Positions 23,590-36,997 of a DNA stretch of 52,965 nucleotides are shown here, one piece after another (position 1 is the first letter of the stretch; every line of letters starts with the position of its first letter). The position numbers were made by a program, and so were the translations under genes. A model generated the notes under the pieces. That model was not told where the DNA came from and made no database searches. It saw only the letters and a program-made list of their open reading frames with translations. Source of the DNA: Macrostomum lignano (taxonomy: Eukaryota); assembly GCA_002269645.1 (NCBI GenBank), contig NIVC01004254.1, positions 1-52,965 of the forward strand, written 5' to 3'.

Positions 23590-26413
23590 TTATTAAAAAC
23601 GTTTAGTCAAATTTATTATATAAGGGGCATGTATTGCTAATCTGAAAATCATAAATAAGCTAATTAAGAAATAAACCACATATGCCATAGATTGCTACCT
23701 AATCTAGCCAATCAAGTTTTTTGAAGGAATGAAATCAGCTTTGAAGAAGGATCACTTCTACGTAAAAAATCTATGCAAGCTAGTTATAGTAGTTTATGTG
23801 TAATGAAAAACATTTTATTAGATGTAATTTAGAAAAAAAGCATGCAAAATACAGTAGTTAAATGACGTACGCTCGTATCAAATAAACATTAAAATAAATC
23901 TTTGGAAAGTACTCGAACTCGGAATCTATTGGAAAATATTATATTTTTTCGTCAAAAATTGGAACTGAAGTAAATAGCGTAAGAGCCTGGTTATGGCTGC
24001 AGACGCGATCTTAACTTAACAATAAAATGAATTCTTCGAAAGTCATTGCTTAGGTGGTTGAGGATTAGCAATTTTCTAAAGACCAGTTAATAATAAGTAA
24101 TTACAATTGAGTCTTATCAATATTCAAATTAATAAAATGTCATCAACAGCGGCAGCATTTACATGTAATTACGTTGGATCCATATTAGCTATAGGACTAA
24201 ATCAATAGAATCCATCTAGCAAAAGTATTGTGCAAAAGTGTATTGATCGTATTTAATCGTTAATTGATTTTAATTGTTATTATACTTTTTCATCACAATT
24301 TCTTTATGAAAAAAAGCCTTGCAAAGTGCAGTAAGCGACCTAATGTCTAACTTGAACAATTTGTTTTACCGTTTTGAATCTGTTTTATTTTTCGCTCTTT
24401 ATCATTTGTACACAGAAAATCATCGGTGAGTCAAATGCTAATAGAGCCACCTTATAACTTTGTCTTCCTACAAATTTACTTGCCCGTCTGATTTGAACTC
24501 TGTAAAACACGATTAATTTTGCTGGCTCTTGATAACGCGGGGTGGTTCTACGCTAAATAACTTTTTTACAGCTAATTGGCTCGTATATTCGACGGATTGG
24601 ATATTCAAAACCTCCATAAATAGTTAGTGATAACTAATGTTTAATTCCCGTTCCATTTAAATCAAATTGTTTAATCGGTTCAAACCAAAATTCGCTGAAA
24701 TTTTACTAAGACTTGGCTCTGCATGCACGCCATTTCTGCCGGACTTTAATAAATTAACGTGATCGATTGTAATGATATTTTTATTTTGATTTGATATGGC
24801 CTTTAAGATTCGTTAAATTCTTAAAATTTTGCTGCACTTACTGCACTCATTATTTTGGTAAAATATCACCGTAAATTAAAAATGATATCGTTAACGTTCC
24901 TGGCATTCTTTGATGTTTCAGTATTTTTTCTTGAAAAGTCTGGCCGTAGGACACAAATGTGAGGGAAAGATAACATTCGAGTCGCAGAGTCGAAGAAAGA
25001 AATCTTCTGTGCTCCCGGCCCTCTGTATTCAGACAGAATCAAACTCGAGAATTTTCAGACAGCTTCGTGAGTAATCCGTTGGAAAAAAAAACACAAAACA
25101 CAATGCTGCGTTTAGTTGATAGATTCCAAGACACATCCCAAAACTTTGCAATACATTTTCTTAGAGTTTATTTATTCTATTATTAAGTCCAAATGAGAAA
25201 ATAAAAAACACAATTGATAAATTACAACAATTAACAACAGTTTTTCAATGGAAGCCACAACGTGAAACAGTCTTGACCAATAAAAGCAATATTAATCGCA
25301 AAAGTAAACACATGAAATCAGAAACGAAAAATATTTAAAATTAAGATATTCAATAAACAATTCTCAGCATTGATTTTACGCTCATCTGAATACTTGAATA
25401 AAAAAGACAGATTGCAATTTCAATTAGCATAGAACAAACACAATAAAATAAAAATATATATTATATATACCAGTTATTGCGGTTAAATAGCAGATTAGTA
25501 TGGCTAGAAAACTGATAGCGATATTGGTGCTCTCGGGATTAATCCAGAAAGTTGAATAAAACATTAAAGATCTGTACAGAGAAGCAATTCAAGACTGACA
25601 GAATCCGCCCCACTGTGCGGACAGACTATCAGACCGTATTGTTCTGCAATCAAGCAATGCCAGAGTAATGCAGCCCAGTCAGAGTCCAGGCTATTGTGGG
25701 AATAGTGAAACAAATCATTCAAGTCTTAAAGTTATTAGTAAGCAAATGATTAATTAAGTATTGACCTGTCAGACACTTATATATTCTGCTGAAACAACAA
25801 AGCATAAATTATATAATTCGATAAATATTTCCATAAATATAAATTAAATCGAAACAATTCACAAATGGGGAATTTCGCACTTTAATATAAACTTTATACC
25901 AAATCTACAACAAACGGAATGCATATTACTATAAGTAGATTGGTAAGGCGTACAGAACAAATATAATGCTCATTGAAGTGCAGACGACATGAATATTATA
26001 GCGTAGTCAGATTAAACCACTCATTAATTAACAGTTTAAGTTAACTGCAACATCTCCTAAAAATCTGGCAAACATCGTATTATCTACTAGAAAATGAGTA
26101 GTTTATATTGTCAAAATATTGAATCTGTTTTACTATTTTACGATTATGCAACTCACGTGACGCGCTCGTGAATCAACAGTCGCTAGAGTCACTTGTGAGC
26201 TGTTTACAATCACTCTAGCGATTGTTGTCACTAACCGATTATACACGGGAAAAATCTTGCAAAACGCGTATTGCCTACTACGTAGATAATGAGTAGTTTA
26301 AATTGTCAAAATATATATAATATTTAAAACAGGCTTAGTTTAGCACTACAAGAAGCAGAAATCAACACCAATTAAGAAATATTAGACTTTTCAGCAGTAA
26401 TAGTTAAAGAGTT

Positions 26414-26986
26414 CTACTGGTAAAGCGACGAGAAGTGCGGCATATCAGGCATCTTCATATCCTTGATCTTCTGCGGCAAATTCATGTCCTTGACGGCAGA
26501 CACGGCTCTGGCGGGTGCGGTGCTGAAGCCGGCCTCAGATTTCTCCAGCTTCTGCTGCTCTTCAAACCGGCTAAGAATCTCCGACATGTTGGTCTCCAGC
26601 ACCATGCCGCCCATGACCAACTCGTTAAGAATGCTGTGCACCTTGTCCACGTGGAATATCAAATCCAGTTCGCACACGTTCTCAAACGATTTGTCCAGAG
26701 TTTCCACAAACACCTGGATGAGATCCAGGATGCCCAGCTCCGACTCGGAGGAGTCGACGCAGAAGACAAAGTACAGAGTGGCGTAGTGGCGGTAGATCAG
26801 CCGGTAGTCCTGGCCTCCGATTAGGGTGCCACCCTCCAGAAAGTTGCACACGTTGTCGTCACGCTTGGAGACGAGCTGGAATGTCTCGCGAATGATCTGC
26901 TGCTGAAGGTCCTCGGCATAGTGGACATAGAATTTAGTCAGGCGAGGCTTGCCATGGTTGTTGAATATCAGGATGGCTTTGATCAT
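26414..26986 (-). CDS. AP3S: AP-3 adaptor complex small (sigma3) subunit, 190 aa, intronless CDS
   Basis: MIKAILIFNNHGKPRLTKFY...YRHYATLYFVFCVDSSESELGILDLIQVFVETLDKSFENVCELDLIFHVDKVH...ETNMSEI is the characteristic AP-3 sigma sequence. Complete ATG to stop. Confidence 0.97.
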   Translation of the reverse strand: MIKAILIFNNHGKPRLTKFYVHYAEDLQQQIIRETFQLVSKRDDNVCNFLEGGTLIGGQDYRLIYRHYATLYFVFCVDSSESELGILDLIQVFVETLDKSFENVCELDLIFHVDKVHSILNELVMGGMVLETNMSEILSRFEEQQKLEKSEAGFSTAPARAVSAVKDMNLPQKIKDMKMPDMPHFSSLYQ

Positions 26987-26990
26987 GGCT

Positions 26991-27008
26991 CTGCATGGGG
27001 AAAAATTG
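26991..27008 (-). promoter_or_regulatory. 3' splice acceptor 4 nt upstream of the AP3S start codon (5'UTR intron or trans-splice site)
   Basis: The minus strand reads pyrimidine tract ...TTTTTCCCCATGCAG|AGCC-ATG. Confidence 0.55.
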
Positions 27009-27431
27009 AGTTGACTGAGAATCTGAGATGCACTGGGACTTTATTTTTATAGTAATTAAAGAAACACATTTGAGCTAAGGTCTACATAACTTTTGGCTAT
27101 AATAGTTTGTTTAAATATTTGTTTCCTTATTTATCCAGGTTTGTAACAGTTTTATGTCACCATTAGTGATTATGAGAATCTTAACTTCCATCAATCACAA
27201 AAACATTAGCATAACTTTGTTTAATACAGACAATATAGAAGTTTTTCACTTTTTTCAAAACAGACTTTATAAATAATACATTGTCTGGTTTTTAATCTGT
27301 TTAGCTAACACAGAAGTCTTCTAAGCAATTTATTAGCTAAAAAAGTAACAAATAATATATAAAAACTTCTATGTAAAATAGACAGCTTTAACTGCTTTTA
27401 ATCTATTTTTACTTAAAACAATGAAAGTTTT

Positions 27432-27465
<34 letters not shown>

Positions 27466-27786
27466 TTATCATATACATAGTTTTATACATAGTTTTAGTA
27501 TGTATATAGTTTTATCATATACATATATATATAAATAGTAATATATATATATATATACCAGTATTACATTCTATTATATAACTTGCATATTTAATATTTA
27601 AGATTATCTTTGTTCTATCCTATAGTTGCATCCAGATTATTTGGATTCAACCATTTTTGTGTATTATTTTATTATATTGTTTATCTAATTTAATGAATAG
27701 GTTATATTGTGCAATGACCAATTAAATAATTCCTTTAGATAAGAACAAATCAGTTTATTTAAATAACTTTCAGCTAAGACTCAAAA

Positions 27787-28313
27787 AGTAGTGTTCCGCC
27801 ATAGCCGTAGCTATGGCTATGGGATCCTACGGCAAATATGGTAAAATAGGTGCCTATGGCAGCTCCGGATATGCCTACGGTAGCTAGCTGCTCTTACAGC
27901 TACGACTATGGAAATATGGTAGTTGCTGTCACATTCCATCAATTCCCATAGCCGTAGTTATTAATGTTAAAAAAATTGAAAAAATATTAGAAACAGGTAG
28001 AGTAAACAAAGATACTTTTAGTAAACTATATTATCAATATAGAAACTTATAAAATATGAGTATACCTAAAAAGTACAATAAAACACTAGCAAACTTAATT
28101 TGCAGTTGTTTAAACACTAGATTATCTTCTTGATTCAAAATATTTTGTTTTTTAGACTTTTTGTTAAAACTACGGCTACAGCTATGGGAACTACGGGAAT
28201 ATGGTAATTTTGGGGTCCCTATGGCTACGGAATATGGAGAATTGGAGTAAGCCATAGTTTTGCTTTTGGCTATGGCTATGGTACATAGACCTTCCTTATG
28301 GTGGAACATTACT
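27787..28313. mobile_element. MITE-like element rich in CTACGG/CTATGG motifs
   Basis: Ends AGTAGTGTTCCGCCATA and reverse complement AGTAATGTTCCACCATA match 15/17. Both arms are dense in CTA(C/T)GG. Confidence 0.45.
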
Positions 28314-29913
28314 CAAAAGGGAAAAACATATAGATAAGACACTTGAGCTAAAAGGAAGTCAGAGTGGAATTCAGAGCTAGAAACCAAATCAGAAAAAAAT
28401 TACAATTAGCTAGAGCCATTATAGACAAAATATATATTTTTGCAGATTTTGACAATTTAGAACAATTTAGTTTATCAACTAGTATACTAGAGATGGAATA
28501 TGCCTAAGGTCTAGCAAAGGCAATGGTAACCTACAATAAGTTTAAGGCTAAAATCAGTGATTATCAAGCCAATGCCAGTGCCCCATAATCTAGGTACCTA
28601 GGCAGCTTTACTATACAGATAGGCTAAGAAGTCTATAGTAGTCAGAGGGAGAACAGGCCAAGCTAGGGGTCCAGTATCTTATTTGGCAACTGCCCATGGC
28701 TGACAACCTGATCAGCTTAGGCACAGCTATGGATCAGGCTGTGAGTTAGATCTGATGGCAGATTGAAATGAGAAAACTGGGAGGATAAGCCTTCCATGCA
28801 GGCACCAGCACTACCAACGTTGCTATGAGCTGTGGACTATCCAAGCCAAAAGTTAGGTGGCCTAGTAGCCATTGGGGACCTAATCTTTTATCTTCTAACT
28901 AATCTTATAATATTTTATAACTATTTGCGGCATTCTATCATTTTATGACCCCTTTGCATTTGTCCTATAGAACATGGCACTTTTGTTATATGATCCCCTA
29001 TGTAAAGGATAGGAATCTTGCTTATATATCAGTGGAGTATATTCCAGTTAGTTTTGCAATATGTTTCTCAAGTTTGAATTGGTGCTGCAACAATTACCCT
29101 AATTAATTGTAAGCCATGACTTTTCTTGGCAATAATAGGTACATCCCTATATTCACTTTTGTTATACAATCATTTAAATGGAAGAAATGTATAGAAAGGG
29201 ATCGGATAACGAAACTTGGGCTTTTTGTAAATTTTGTAATACAATCCTTCAAGGCAAAAATTTGTTTGGAGGGGATTGTGTACCAAACATGCGAAAAAAC
29301 ACCTTGTAAAAATTTCAGCAATGGCTGATAAAAAGAAGTCTCCTGGGTCCTTCTATACGATTTACATTTAATATGATATGATATGACGAATACAGGACAG
29401 TTCGGTAACAGACAGTTCGGTAACAGCAAGGACAGTTTGGTAACATATTCAAGACAGTTCGGTAACATTTTCCAGGACAGTTCCGTAACGCCAGAAGACG
29501 ACCATGTATGTACTGCCAAGTTTTTATAATGATGCATTTTATTTATTAGTGCATAAATTTTTTACAATAATTATGATAGACGTGTAATATATTTTAAGAG
29601 ACATAAACACTGTTATAATTCATGCAACCGTAACAATGCGGAGTTAGTTTATTTCGGAAGTTGGTAACTTCTGTTTGGATTTTTGTGATACACGTATATA
29701 AGATACTGTAGCTACACTAAAATACAAGTATCGCTTGTAAAATATGTATAATAATTGTTTTTTAAGAACTAAGTATTGAAGCAAATACGACTCATACATG
29801 TACATAAAAGTTACAGCTCGTTCAAATACAAACAATTACACTGTAGCACAATGTAAAAAATGTAAATATTCATGCATTGTTCACAGATACGCAACGCTCA
29901 CGAAAGCAATTGG

Positions 29914-31470
29914 TCACTTGGCAACTACATACTTGGCCGCAGCACTTAGCAATTGAGCTGCCGTTTTGGTGCCTGCCTGGTACTCGGACCAATAACGCAT
30001 CAGCTTGGCCTCCTTGGTGCGCTGGGCAAGCCTCTGGTAGCGGCTAAGCTGCTCCTGAGACACCAGCTTAGCGTGAAGAGTGGCTACCCTCGCTTCATCG
30101 TAAAGGAGCGAGGCAAGCTTGTAGAAGCCCAGGTTGCCACTCCGTGCCCTTTGGTTGAGGCGATGATGGTAGCTTTCAGGCCCATTGTTCGTTCTGATGT
30201 TCCTTCGGAAGATGCTGATCTCGTCCAGCTGCCAGACTGTGCTGTTGAGCCATGTGTTAGCAACGTACTCGCACAGCTCTTGCAGCTGTTGGTTCTGGAT
30301 CGTCTGCTGCAGCTCAGTGAATGCAGCATGCATACAATTGCCTGGCAGAAACGGCAGTGCCATCAATTTGTGGCAGAAGGCCCGTACAGTCTCGTCGTTC
30401 GCGTAGGCTGGCTGCAGGCCCATTGACTGGATGTGTCGCCAAATTGCCTGGGAATAGTGAAAACTGCACCCATGCAGTTTCACACCTGCCAGAAAGACAG
30501 ACTTAGCAGCTCTCCACATTCCAGCTTCGTAATCGAGCACGATGCTTGTCAGTCGGCACTCGGGAAGCATATCCTTGAGAGCCCGCAGCGTACGTCGGTA
30601 GTCTCGCTTGCTCTTTCCGGACATCAGAATGTAGACCAGCGGTATCTGTTTGACTGACTCATTCTTGCGCACATTGCCGTGGAAGATGTAGAGCTGTAGA
30701 AAGGGCTCCTTCACGACGAAGAAGGTTCCGTCGCCGAACCACTCCTTGCAACGTCCCAGCAGCTGCAGTTGACGTTGGCTTGCGAATATGAAGTGGCGCC
30801 TGCCATTCTCTTCGATGTAGACATCTCTTTGAAGGAAGTCATCCGGCAGTGCTTCTTCTTGAACTTGAAATTCCAGATCTCTTGGTTCCTGTGGGCGTTG
30901 TGCTGCTCGTGCTCGATTTGCAGCTTTTGCCAGCTGGTCCACTGTTGGCAACTGAGGCAGACCTCTTAAGCTGCCTTCATTCTGCAGCAGAAGTTGTTCG
31001 GCGATTTCAGCGGCGGGCCTGAAGAGCTCCTGCCGAGCTTGATCGCAGGCTTCCCGAACAATCAGTCGCCGTATCGATGGTTGCCCGACTTGGCGACATG
31101 TGTGCTCGTTCTTGCCGCTGATAAATGCGCCACTTGACTCGATAGCTGAAGCTGTGCATTTGGTGTGTGCGTTTCGGATTGTGCATCTCCAGTACGTTCT
31201 GTCTCCTCGGCTGAATTGTCGACTGTAGCTGAAGCCGTCAGAGCGGATCAAAATGTCCTTCTCCTTCTCAGATGCACGTGGGATTAGGGTAAAGACGATA
31301 GGCTCGACCTGTTGTGGTATGTGCTGTGGTGGAGCATCCTCTTCCATAGAGCTCTCCATCGGCTCGTCTTGGTGCAATGGTGCTGGTGGTGGTGCTGTTG
31401 ATGCTGTTGCTGCTGCTGTGGATGCTGAGGCTGCTGCTGGTGCTGTTGATGCTGATGCTGCTGTTGGCAT
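29914..31470 (-). CDS. MULE/Mutator transposase with FLYWCH zinc finger
   Basis: FLYWCH-like GFSY..YWRC..C..H, then WFGDGTF (D1), VLDYE (D2), CSFH (CxxH) and TNNGPESYH (E). Catalytic residues look intact. Confidence 0.92.
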   Translation of the reverse strand: MPTAASASTAPAAASASTAAATASTAPPPAPLHQDEPMESSMEEDAPPQHIPQQVEPIVFTLIPRASEKEKDILIRSDGFSYSRQFSRGDRTYWRCTIRNAHTKCTASAIESSGAFISGKNEHTCRQVGQPSIRRLIVREACDQARQELFRPAAEIAEQLLLQNEGSLRGLPQLPTVDQLAKAANRARAAQRPQEPRDLEFQVQEEALPDDFLQRDVYIEENGRRHFIFASQRQLQLLGRCKEWFGDGTFFVVKEPFLQLYIFHGNVRKNESVKQIPLVYILMSGKSKRDYRRTLRALKDMLPECRLTSIVLDYEAGMWRAAKSVFLAGVKLHGCSFHYSQAIWRHIQSMGLQPAYANDETVRAFCHKLMALPFLPGNCMHAAFTELQQTIQNQQLQELCEYVANTWLNSTVWQLDEISIFRRNIRTNNGPESYHHRLNQRARSGNLGFYKLASLLYDEARVATLHAKLVSQEQLSRYQRLAQRTKEAKLMRYWSEYQAGTKTAAQLLSAAAKYVVAK

Positions 31471-31634
31471 GCTTCACATGACCAATTAAAGTCTGTTCCT
31501 TGAAACTCTCGGTATTGCTGCAGGGAGATTCCAGTGTTACACAAACGATGCTGCCATCGATTGCAAACGTCACACTGCAGAGCTTGCTGCCTGGCTCTTA
31601 CAGCTGACTGACAGCGTATGCAATTATCGTCCAT
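31284..31634 (-). CDS. PHD-finger N-terminus of the transposase (overlaps the transposase ORF in another frame)
   Basis: CIRC..ALQCDVCNRWQHRLCNTGIS..Y..FNWSCEAC gives the C4HC3 PHD pattern, followed by a CAG/GCA-rich linker. Confidence 0.8.
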   Translation of the reverse strand: MDDNCIRCQSAVRARQQALQCDVCNRWQHRLCNTGISLQQYREFQGTDFNWSCEACQQQHQHQQHQQQPQHPQQQQQHQQHHHQHHCTKTSRWRALWKRMLHHSTYHNRSSLSSLP

Positions 31635-32152
31635 AGCAAAATGTTTTAAATAGTTTGAGTTAGTTTTATTTCGAAATTTCTAAAAAATGTGGCAGCTATT
31701 TATAGCAGTATTTTACGCATTTCAAAATACTGTAGTGCCACCGATTTTCATTGGAGGAGCAATCCCGCAAGCCACCGTTTCCATGACATCACAGCCACAC
31801 CCCCATTCTTCTTCAGGGTCGCCTCGTGGTGGAGGAATTCTAGTTGAATAACATACATTTTATACATTTCACACATTAGGCTAGGCAATTGACGGTTACT
31901 TGCTAATATGAGACTTAGATTCTGGAGTAAAGTTTAACGTGTCATACAAATATAGTGTATTTATTTACATGTAGCTACTACGTGCACAGGATAAAGCATA
32001 GATGTAGATACTCAGTATGGTTTGTATCAACAAAAGACTGCTAAGCTTTGCACAATGTGGTTTAGGTATTCAGCTTTGCAGAGAAAAATTGTAACAATAG
32101 AGGCTTAGCAAGTTCGTGTTGGGTACATTATTAAGACAGGGTTTATTTTTGA

Positions 32153-32970
<818 letters not shown>

Positions 32971-35900
32971 CCCATTAAATTTTTGCTAATCTTTACATAA
33001 GCTACACGCTATACAATGCCATAGGTATAGCTAGGCTAGGGCAGGCAGGCTTTTAGTAGCTAAGCTAGAATGAAATTTGAATTATAGTTTACCTAGCATA
33101 GCCTAGCATGGGCCTATACATCTAGACTATTCTCAATTTTTAATTTATTAATAGGCCTGCCAGCAAATTAAGCGTTAACCTAATTGTAGAGATTGCCATC
33201 ATGCAGAGCCTGCATTGCCAGCATGCTGTTAGCAGCATTTTGCTGCGTTGTTTTGTGCTTGGAAGTAGCAAAATATTGTGACATGCTGCAACTGCACGCT
33301 CGTGCGCATGGCATTGGTGAGTTCAAAAACTTTGTTAGTTGCATTCATTATAACAAATTTAACCATGCGAATAATACCTGTTAATGTGTAAATCGATAGT
33401 ATCTAATTGACTTAGGGGCCTACTGTAATACAGTATATCTATGCTACTTACTCTCAGTAAGCTTGTTACCGAATTGTCCACAACTTGTTACCGAACTGTT
33501 CTTGGTGTTACCGAACTGTCTGTTACCGAATTGTCGTAGGGCTCTTAATTATTCCTTTTGCTAGCCTTACTAGCTGCCACCAAAGTTGTTACAGGCCTTT
33601 TGGCTCTCTATAAGAATTCCACCGTTATGCCACCAAGTTGTGCTAGGGGTTTCCCGTACGATACAAAATCCTACCGCTGTAACCAAGTTGTGCTCGGGGT
33701 TAACTTCTGTCCCTATAAATGATTTCACCGCTGTTACTAAGTTGTTGTAGGGGTTTTTCTTCCTTCTCAATAATATCCCACTGCTGTTATCAAGTTGTCA
33801 CAGTGCTCTTCCCTGTACACTGAGAATCCTAAATGCCACCCAAAGTTGTAATAAAGCTATTTCTCCTTAATAATTCTACTGGTTATTAATTGTCTTTCTA
33901 CTGGTAGTGCATGTACTTCTATTGGTAGCGTATGTACTTCTATTGGTAGCGTATTATGTACTTCTATTGTACTTTCTAGCTTGAGCGGTCTAATAGCACT
34001 GTCTATTCTATTCCTATGCTTTCACTAATATTATTCTCTCAGTCCTGGGCGTTCCCTGGATCAGAGGGTCACAGCTTATGCTCTTTCTCTGCCCTGAGGC
34101 GATCTTCTCTCGTTATGAGGCAGTTCTCCTGCCCTGAGGCGAATTTACAATTTACTGCCCTGAGGCGGTTTCTCGCTTGTAGCGGTTTCTGATACTACTC
34201 CTGATTTGGGGTTTTTACTATAGAAATGAATAAGACACTGAACAATTTTCTAATCAAGTTTTTAGCTACTGTTAGAACACACGAAAAGCATAAGTTGATT
34301 TCTTGGCCCACTCGGGGCTTCTATTTATACTAGAGTCTCTCATCAAGTCAAACAAATAATTGTAAAAAATATTTTTGTAAATCACAACATTTAAACAAAA
34401 ATACTAGTAATTTCTTTTTAGCGCGGATTTGAACTAAAGTTTCTAAGAAAACAAGTTACTATTAGCACTATTGTACACTATCATACTATTATTAATGCAC
34501 TGTCTCAGAATTGTCCTGTCCCCGATATGACATACATCTATTTTTTATCTCCCCCCCTCACTTTTGGTATATGATCCCCAAAAGCATGAAACAATGCTCT
34601 CCATACTATAAGGGGATCATAAAACGAAAGTGAGGGGGGATGTCAGGCGGGCATTGAACAAGCCGTATGAACTATCTTTACTTCATATACAATTAGTAGC
34701 CTACGATACATAAATTTCACTTTTGATATACAATCCCCTTCCCCTGCAAACAAATTTTCGACTTGTAGTTGAGGGATCATATTATGAAATTGATGAAAAG
34801 CCTAAGTTTCATTATCCGATCCCTTTCCATACACTTCCTCCATTTAAGTGATCATATAACAAAAGTGATTATAGGGGAGCTCTTATACTACTCTTGCGAA
34901 GACTCTTGTCTAGGCTTTGTTTGATTGCCTTCAAAGTAGACAGCTTTTGAAACTGCCTTGTAGTTAGTGCAGTGACTTTGACTCTTTGATGGATACATTT
35001 CCAGTCTTTTGGTGTCTATATTCTTTCACCAAAAATATAAAATGTGGATTGTATAACGAAAGTGCCTAGGAATGGGGATTGTAAAATGAAAGAATGCCCT
35101 ATCTGCTAGGGGGCCAAGTTCTAGGCTACTAGGTCTAGGCCTACTACTAGGCCTAGGCCTAGTGCTACTGAAACTTTTCTATTTGCATTTTATTAGTAGT
35201 ATTAGCTAATTAGCTTTAAGTTTCAAATAAATAAGTTAGGTCCCTACTTCTTTTACTTTTACATAACAATGGGCCAATGGCATCTGCCAGACTGCCATCT
35301 TAATCTATTTTCCTTTTTGTCTACTTAATAAAATAGACTTAGACAAAGACAGACTAATAGGCCTAGCAGATCAATTGGGACTAGAAGACTAGGCCCTAGG
35401 TTATTAGATGATTCTGGCTTGCTTTGCCATCAAAGAAATATCGAAAAAATTAGACATGGAAGTTGGTTAAGAATATAAAATATAAAAGTAGGCCTAAAGT
35501 GACAGTAAACTGCATTAGCTACTAAATTTAATTTTACCTCAAAACTTATTACATAGGCCTAAACTAGGTCCCTATATAGTACAGTATGCATATTTACAGT
35601 ATATAGCCTACGGGGGGTACAGCAGCAGCTGCTAGTCTAGTCTGCGTTGTCGTCAAAAAATTTTACAAGTTCACAGGTTTCTTGTAAAAAACATCAACAC
35701 AAATTCACGACAAAGTTATAACAAGTCCTTTGACAAATTTTCTCGTACAACGTCAAAACTGCATAATTTTTATTTTTTTCTACACTTGAGTTACATAAAC
35801 ACAAATTGAAATGTCTACGCTATCAGTAAAATATCTTAAACAGTTACAGTAGTAGTAGCTAGTGTAAATTTTTTTTCGATACGCACATGTTTGCTCAATT

Positions 35901-36042
35901 TTCCAGCTGATTTTTACCAGACTTCTTCCCAATTATTTTACTCATTTGAATGCTATGTGGAGTTCCGAAAACACCAGTAATGCTGATAAGGCATAGAGAA
36001 AATAATACCTATTTGCTTTCATCAGTAACTAGATACGAACTG

Positions 36043-36249
36043 ATGCAAGTACTGTTTTTGGCCCTTATATTAACGCAAACTTTATCAAATGCTGAGCCTG
36101 CAACTTATTCAGTTGAGTTTTCTGACACTTCGCTAGAGTTTGAGTACCCCAAAAAGCAGTGCCATGAAACAAACATTCACAATTTAACATATCCAAGGGT
36201 TTATTTTCCTAATGAATTCCGAAAGGTTAAAATTATGCTGATTGGAAAA
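36043..36249 (+). CDS. Candidate small type-I membrane protein, exon 1 (signal peptide)
   Basis: MQVLFLALILTQTLSNA-EPATY..., donor AAA|GTAAGT, phase 0. Confidence 0.55.
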
Positions 36250-36547
36250 GTAAGTAGTTGATTCGTTGTTTCTGTTAATTTTAGAATGTAATTCCAAATG
36301 GCTAACACATCAGACTCAGATTTATAAGGCGAAATTTCAAATTTCACTCAGTGTAGCAGTTCTAGAACTTCTTAATCATCTGATCTTTGCTTTCTGGTAC
36401 ATCTTTGAAACATTATATAGTTTTATTGTCTTTATTAAAATTTCATGAAAAATAAAACTTTCCTCCATTCCATTATGCAATTTAGTGAAAACATTCTGAA
36501 AATAAACTAAAATAAAACAAACCAAGCTATGCTTTCCTATTTTACAG

Positions 36548-36691
36548 CAACATCTCAGCATTGTGAGGTCCAGAAACATCTCCCAAGGATTTGCTGAGCT
36601 TCTTACATCGCCCACTGGCCAAAGAACTCAGCAGGCAATAGATGATACTGTTCAGTACAGAGAATCTGCTGGAATCTTGAATATATTTGTT
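36548..36691 (+). CDS. Candidate type-I membrane protein, exon 2
   Basis: TTTTACAG| ... GTT|GTAAGT, 144 nt, open, phase 0-0: QHLSIVRSRNISQGFAELLTSPTGQRTQQAIDDTVQYRESAGILNIFV. Confidence 0.55.
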
Positions 36692-36997
36692 GTAAGTCGC
36701 AAAAATTGTGTTAATTTTATAAAACCATATTTATAGTAACTAAAACAAATATGTAAATATTTCCAATCTAAAAGCAGCTCATATTATATCGTTTCTAATA
36801 TATTAAACTTTGAGTTAACTATTATCATTAATCATTAACTGTGACTGTCAGTTAATCACAGTGGCAATGGACAAAAAAACGACAAATGAAAGTAAACTCG
36901 CATGGAATCAAACCCGGGACTTTGGCGAGAGGGTCGCATAAGTTTCTAACTTTTCAACCATTCAAAGCTGATCCTATCAAAACATTACTTGTTGCAG

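Noticed and set aside
26174-26227. Hairpin as a SECIS element for AP3S
   Set aside because: On the minus strand the UGA/GA motifs enclose only about 4 bp before the AAA (a SECIS needs about 11-12), and AP3S has no in-frame UGA.
26435-26824. Plus-strand ORFs opposite AP3S (likewise those opposite the transposase and the LamG gene)
   Set aside because: These are antisense shadows of GC-rich coding sequence with no recognisable motifs.
27800-27920. Gly/Tyr-rich (YGYG) coding sequence
   Set aside because: It arises from CTACGG/CTATGG motifs in a MITE-like arm, and the frame is short and broken.
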